Shown one piece after another: positions 53,556 through 55,348 of a DNA stretch of 55,348 bases; position 1 is the first letter of the stretch; the number at the start of each line of letters is the position of its first letter. Origin of the DNA: a virus (taxonomy: Duplodnaviria > Caudoviricetes); the IMG/VR virus record IMGVR_UViG_3300010370_000047, positions 1-55,348 of that record; one strand, given 5' to 3'. The position numbers and the translations under genes are program-made. Under the pieces are notes generated by a model that saw nothing but the letters and a program-made list of their open reading frames with translations, had not been told where the DNA came from and searched no databases.

Positions 53556-53840
53556 TTACATCTCAGGCCATTCGTATCCATCGGGAACCTCCCACAGATC
53601 GCCATCCTGATGTAGCCGCCAGGTAACACCATCGCTGGTGATGTTAGCGTTATCTAGAATGTTCTGCCATGCTTCCCAATACCATTCAGTATCAGGGCCA
53701 GCCTGACAAGTAAGCACGTCGTTGTAGTCAACGCCTACACACTTAGCCCAGTGTTCGTCAGCATCGCTGCAATACAGTTGGGGAATGTAGACACCGTGAG
53801 TATCTAACAGGACAAGGTTAGGCTCGAAACGTGTTGTCAT
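53556..53840 (-). CDS. Small acidic early-type protein
   Basis: GVYIPQ...GPD.EWYWEAW..ILDNA...LHQDGDLW. Confidence 0.7.
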   Translation of the reverse strand: MTTRFEPNLVLLDTHGVYIPQLYCSDADEHWAKCVGVDYNDVLTCQAGPDTEWYWEAWQNILDNANITSDGVTWRLHQDGDLWEVPDGYEWPEM

Positions 53841-53854
53841 GGTGTTAAGAGGAT

Positions 53855-53896
53855 TGTGTGAGTTGGCCCCGCGTTAGCGGGAAAAGATCAAGATTC
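53855..53896. repeat. Intergenic mini-hairpin repeat, copy C
   Basis: + strand TGTGTGAGTTGGC-CCCGC-GTTA-GCGGG...ATCAAGATTC. Confidence 0.7.
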
Positions 53897-54058
53897 GCGC
53901 CAAGCTTTGCAGCATCGTGAGCTGATGTAGTAGTGAGCTGAATAGTCACAGATCTGATACTCATGCAGCGCGGTGTTAGCCTCCTTGCGAGACTCGAATT
54001 CATCCACAGTTTCTAAGTAGTTGTGGTTGATTGAGCGTCGTTGGATGTAGTAGGTCAT
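53888..54058 (-). CDS. Small protein (56 aa), not in the ORF track
   Basis: MTYYIQRRSINHNYLETVDEFESRKEANTALHEYQICDYSAHYYISSRCCKAWRES*, ATGA-coupled. Confidence 0.7.
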   Translation of the reverse strand: MTYYIQRRSINHNYLETVDEFESRKEANTALHEYQICDYSAHYYISSRCCKAWRES

Positions 54059-54252
54059 GATTCTGTGTAAGTAACTGAGTAAGGATGGTGTTGGCTGTTG
54101 GGGAAGTCTTCATCAATCTCCGGCAGGATGAAGTTGTAGAACCCAGCCTCTGTGGGGATGATGTTATTCTCCTGGCAGTATTCCAAATAATCTGAAGGTT
54201 CGTAGTAGTAGGTGTGCGTTACTGCAATTTGTGCAACATTAAAAGGCTGCAT
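54055..54252 (-). CDS. Small early-type protein
   Basis: ATG 54252 with a GGAGG RBS. Confidence 0.6.
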   Translation of the reverse strand: MQPFNVAQIAVTHTYYYEPSDYLEYCQENNIIPTEAGFYNFILPEIDEDFPNSQHHPYSVTYTES

Positions 54253-54418
54253 AAGTCCTCCGGTTGCAGTAGGAATCGTTGAGGTTAGACAATCCAGCTT
54301 CATACTTACAACTAGCAACAGTTAAGTGCTGGTTGATTGCGTTAATTGACGTAACTGCCACGCCAAGAATGCTGGCGTTGACTGCTACTGCGGCACTGAT
54401 GATAGCGATTGTTCGCAT
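54239..54418 (-). CDS. Small signal-anchor protein (59 aa), not in the ORF track
   Basis: MRTIAIISAAVAVNASILGVAVTSINAINQHLTVASCKYEAGLSNLNDSYCNRRTYAAF*. Confidence 0.55.
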   Translation of the reverse strand: MRTIAIISAAVAVNASILGVAVTSINAINQHLTVASCKYEAGLSNLNDSYCNRRTYAAF

Positions 54419-54435
54419 GGTGATGATAAGGTAAC

Positions 54436-54463
54436 TGTGTGAGTTGGCCTTGCGTAGCGGTTA
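54436..54463. repeat. Intergenic mini-hairpin repeat, copy D
   Basis: + strand TGTGTGAGTTGGCC-TTGC-GTA-GCGG; 14 nt identical to copy C. Confidence 0.65.
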
Positions 54464-54670
54464 GGTTGCACTCTCTCCGAACATTTGTTCAAACAGAGAT
54501 GGTTCGGACTCATACTTAATCTGTTCACGCACACGATTAAGCTCAGCCAGTAAAGCTTCGTGCTTAAGTTTCATCTTGTGCAGTTCATTCCAGCTGTGGA
54601 GAATGTCACGCTGCAGGGTGAATTGTTTGTTCACAAGATCATCCAGGAAGTCGAATGTTTCGTTTGTCAT
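54461..54670 (-). CDS. Small coiled-coil protein
   Basis: ATG 54670; ends PSLFEQMFGESAT. Confidence 0.6.
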   Translation of the reverse strand: MTNETFDFLDDLVNKQFTLQRDILHSWNELHKMKLKHEALLAELNRVREQIKYESEPSLFEQMFGESAT

Positions 54671-54677
54671 GATGTTG

Positions 54678-54968
54678 TCAGTAAAGGGGATAATCGACAG
54701 TATGCACGCGGAGATGTTCATAACCAGGAACATCGTGCGCCCAGTCTGGTGACGGTAACGTGCGGAGAAGTTTGCGATACATTGTCACGCTGCATTCAAC
54801 ACGTTCGGCATTGTATGCAGCATCCCGCCAGATACCTGGCACAGCATGATGCCCTAAGTAGCCCTCATCCCACGCTGCGAGCATCTCACCTTCAAAACTT
54901 AAAACATACAAACGCTGTGGGTTGCCGTTTGCATCATTGCGAGCACAAAGGTGTTGAATAGTTGCCAT
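54678..54968 (-). CDS. Small early-type protein
   Basis: HLCA.NDANGNPQRLYV...DEGY.G. Confidence 0.65.
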   Translation of the reverse strand: MATIQHLCARNDANGNPQRLYVLSFEGEMLAAWDEGYLGHHAVPGIWRDAAYNAERVECSVTMYRKLLRTLPSPDWAHDVPGYEHLRVHTVDYPLY

Positions 54969-55005
54969 GATGTTGTTGCGATTGTGCTGAGTTAGTTACA
55001 GTTAA

Positions 55006-55314
55006 TCAGGAGCAATAGCGGCCAACGACAACACGGTCGCAGTCACCTTCCACCAGACGTACAACTGTTCCGCTGAAGTATGAGTCGGAACTATATCCTT
55101 CCCAGTGCTGAAGTTCGCTGGTGGATTCTGCAGGTGTGCGGATAAAGTCGCACAAGTGGTAGAACTCACCGCGATACTTAAAGAACCCGTAGTTATACTC
55201 AATGCTATCGGGGTGCATCCAATCAAATTGTTTGCGGATCTTATCTTGATCTGATTGGCTGAAGTCGCACAAGTGCATCAGATCGCGTGGCTGATTGTTC
55301 GTGATGATGTTCAT
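55006..55314 (-). CDS. Small early-type protein
   Basis: IITNNQPR...FFKYRGEFY.L.DF.R...WEGY.SDSYFSG.VV...VVVGRY. Confidence 0.7.
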   Translation of the reverse strand: MNIITNNQPRDLMHLCDFSQSDQDKIRKQFDWMHPDSIEYNYGFFKYRGEFYHLCDFIRTPAESTSELQHWEGYSSDSYFSGTVVRLVEGDCDRVVVGRYCS

Positions 55315-55348
55315 AACATTCACCAGCAATAGAGCTGGCAGCTGACAA

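Noticed and set aside
51070-54463. CRISPR array or integron attC cassette array
   Set aside because: Repeats are degenerate and separated by whole genes at irregular distances. No cas or integron integrase gene, and no attC R-box pattern seen.

Overview
This 55.3-kb window looks like part of a dsDNA phage genome that probably infects freshwater picocyanobacteria. The host is inferred from two NblA-like genes, speD, thyX, dps and cyanophage-type fibre and endolysin domains; from memory the gene set resembles the S-EIV1 lineage, which I could not verify. Layout: (i) ~0.1-31.7 kb, mostly + strand: major capsid protein, virion, fibre and spike genes, lytic transglycosylase and endolysin, interrupted by short minus-strand islands (dps/HTH; MTase-like, HNH-like and HTH genes; putative holin operon). 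(ii) ~32.4-43.6 kb, mostly minus strand: replication (primase-helicase, PD-(D/E)XK nuclease, SSB-like proteins, family A polymerase). (iii) ~43.7-55.3 kb, minus strand: VWA + MoxR AAA ATPase and a dense array of small early-type genes. I recognise no portal, terminase, integrase, CRISPR array, reverse transcriptase or canonical tRNA. The most notable unexplained signals are: a ~120-nt structured RNA with a three-way junction and complementary loops (13772-13891); repeated template-strand GC-GNA/GNNA-GC mini-hairpins between early genes; three paralogous fibre scaffolds, two loaded with a ~370-aa passenger and one empty; a cohort of apparently inactivated enzymes (2 DNA MTases, 3 HNH, 1 M23); two divergent NblA-like proteins; a tRNA-shaped element (50110-50187); and a 16-17 bp motif shared by distant non-coding regions. 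All assignments come from reading motifs by eye; no database searches were run.
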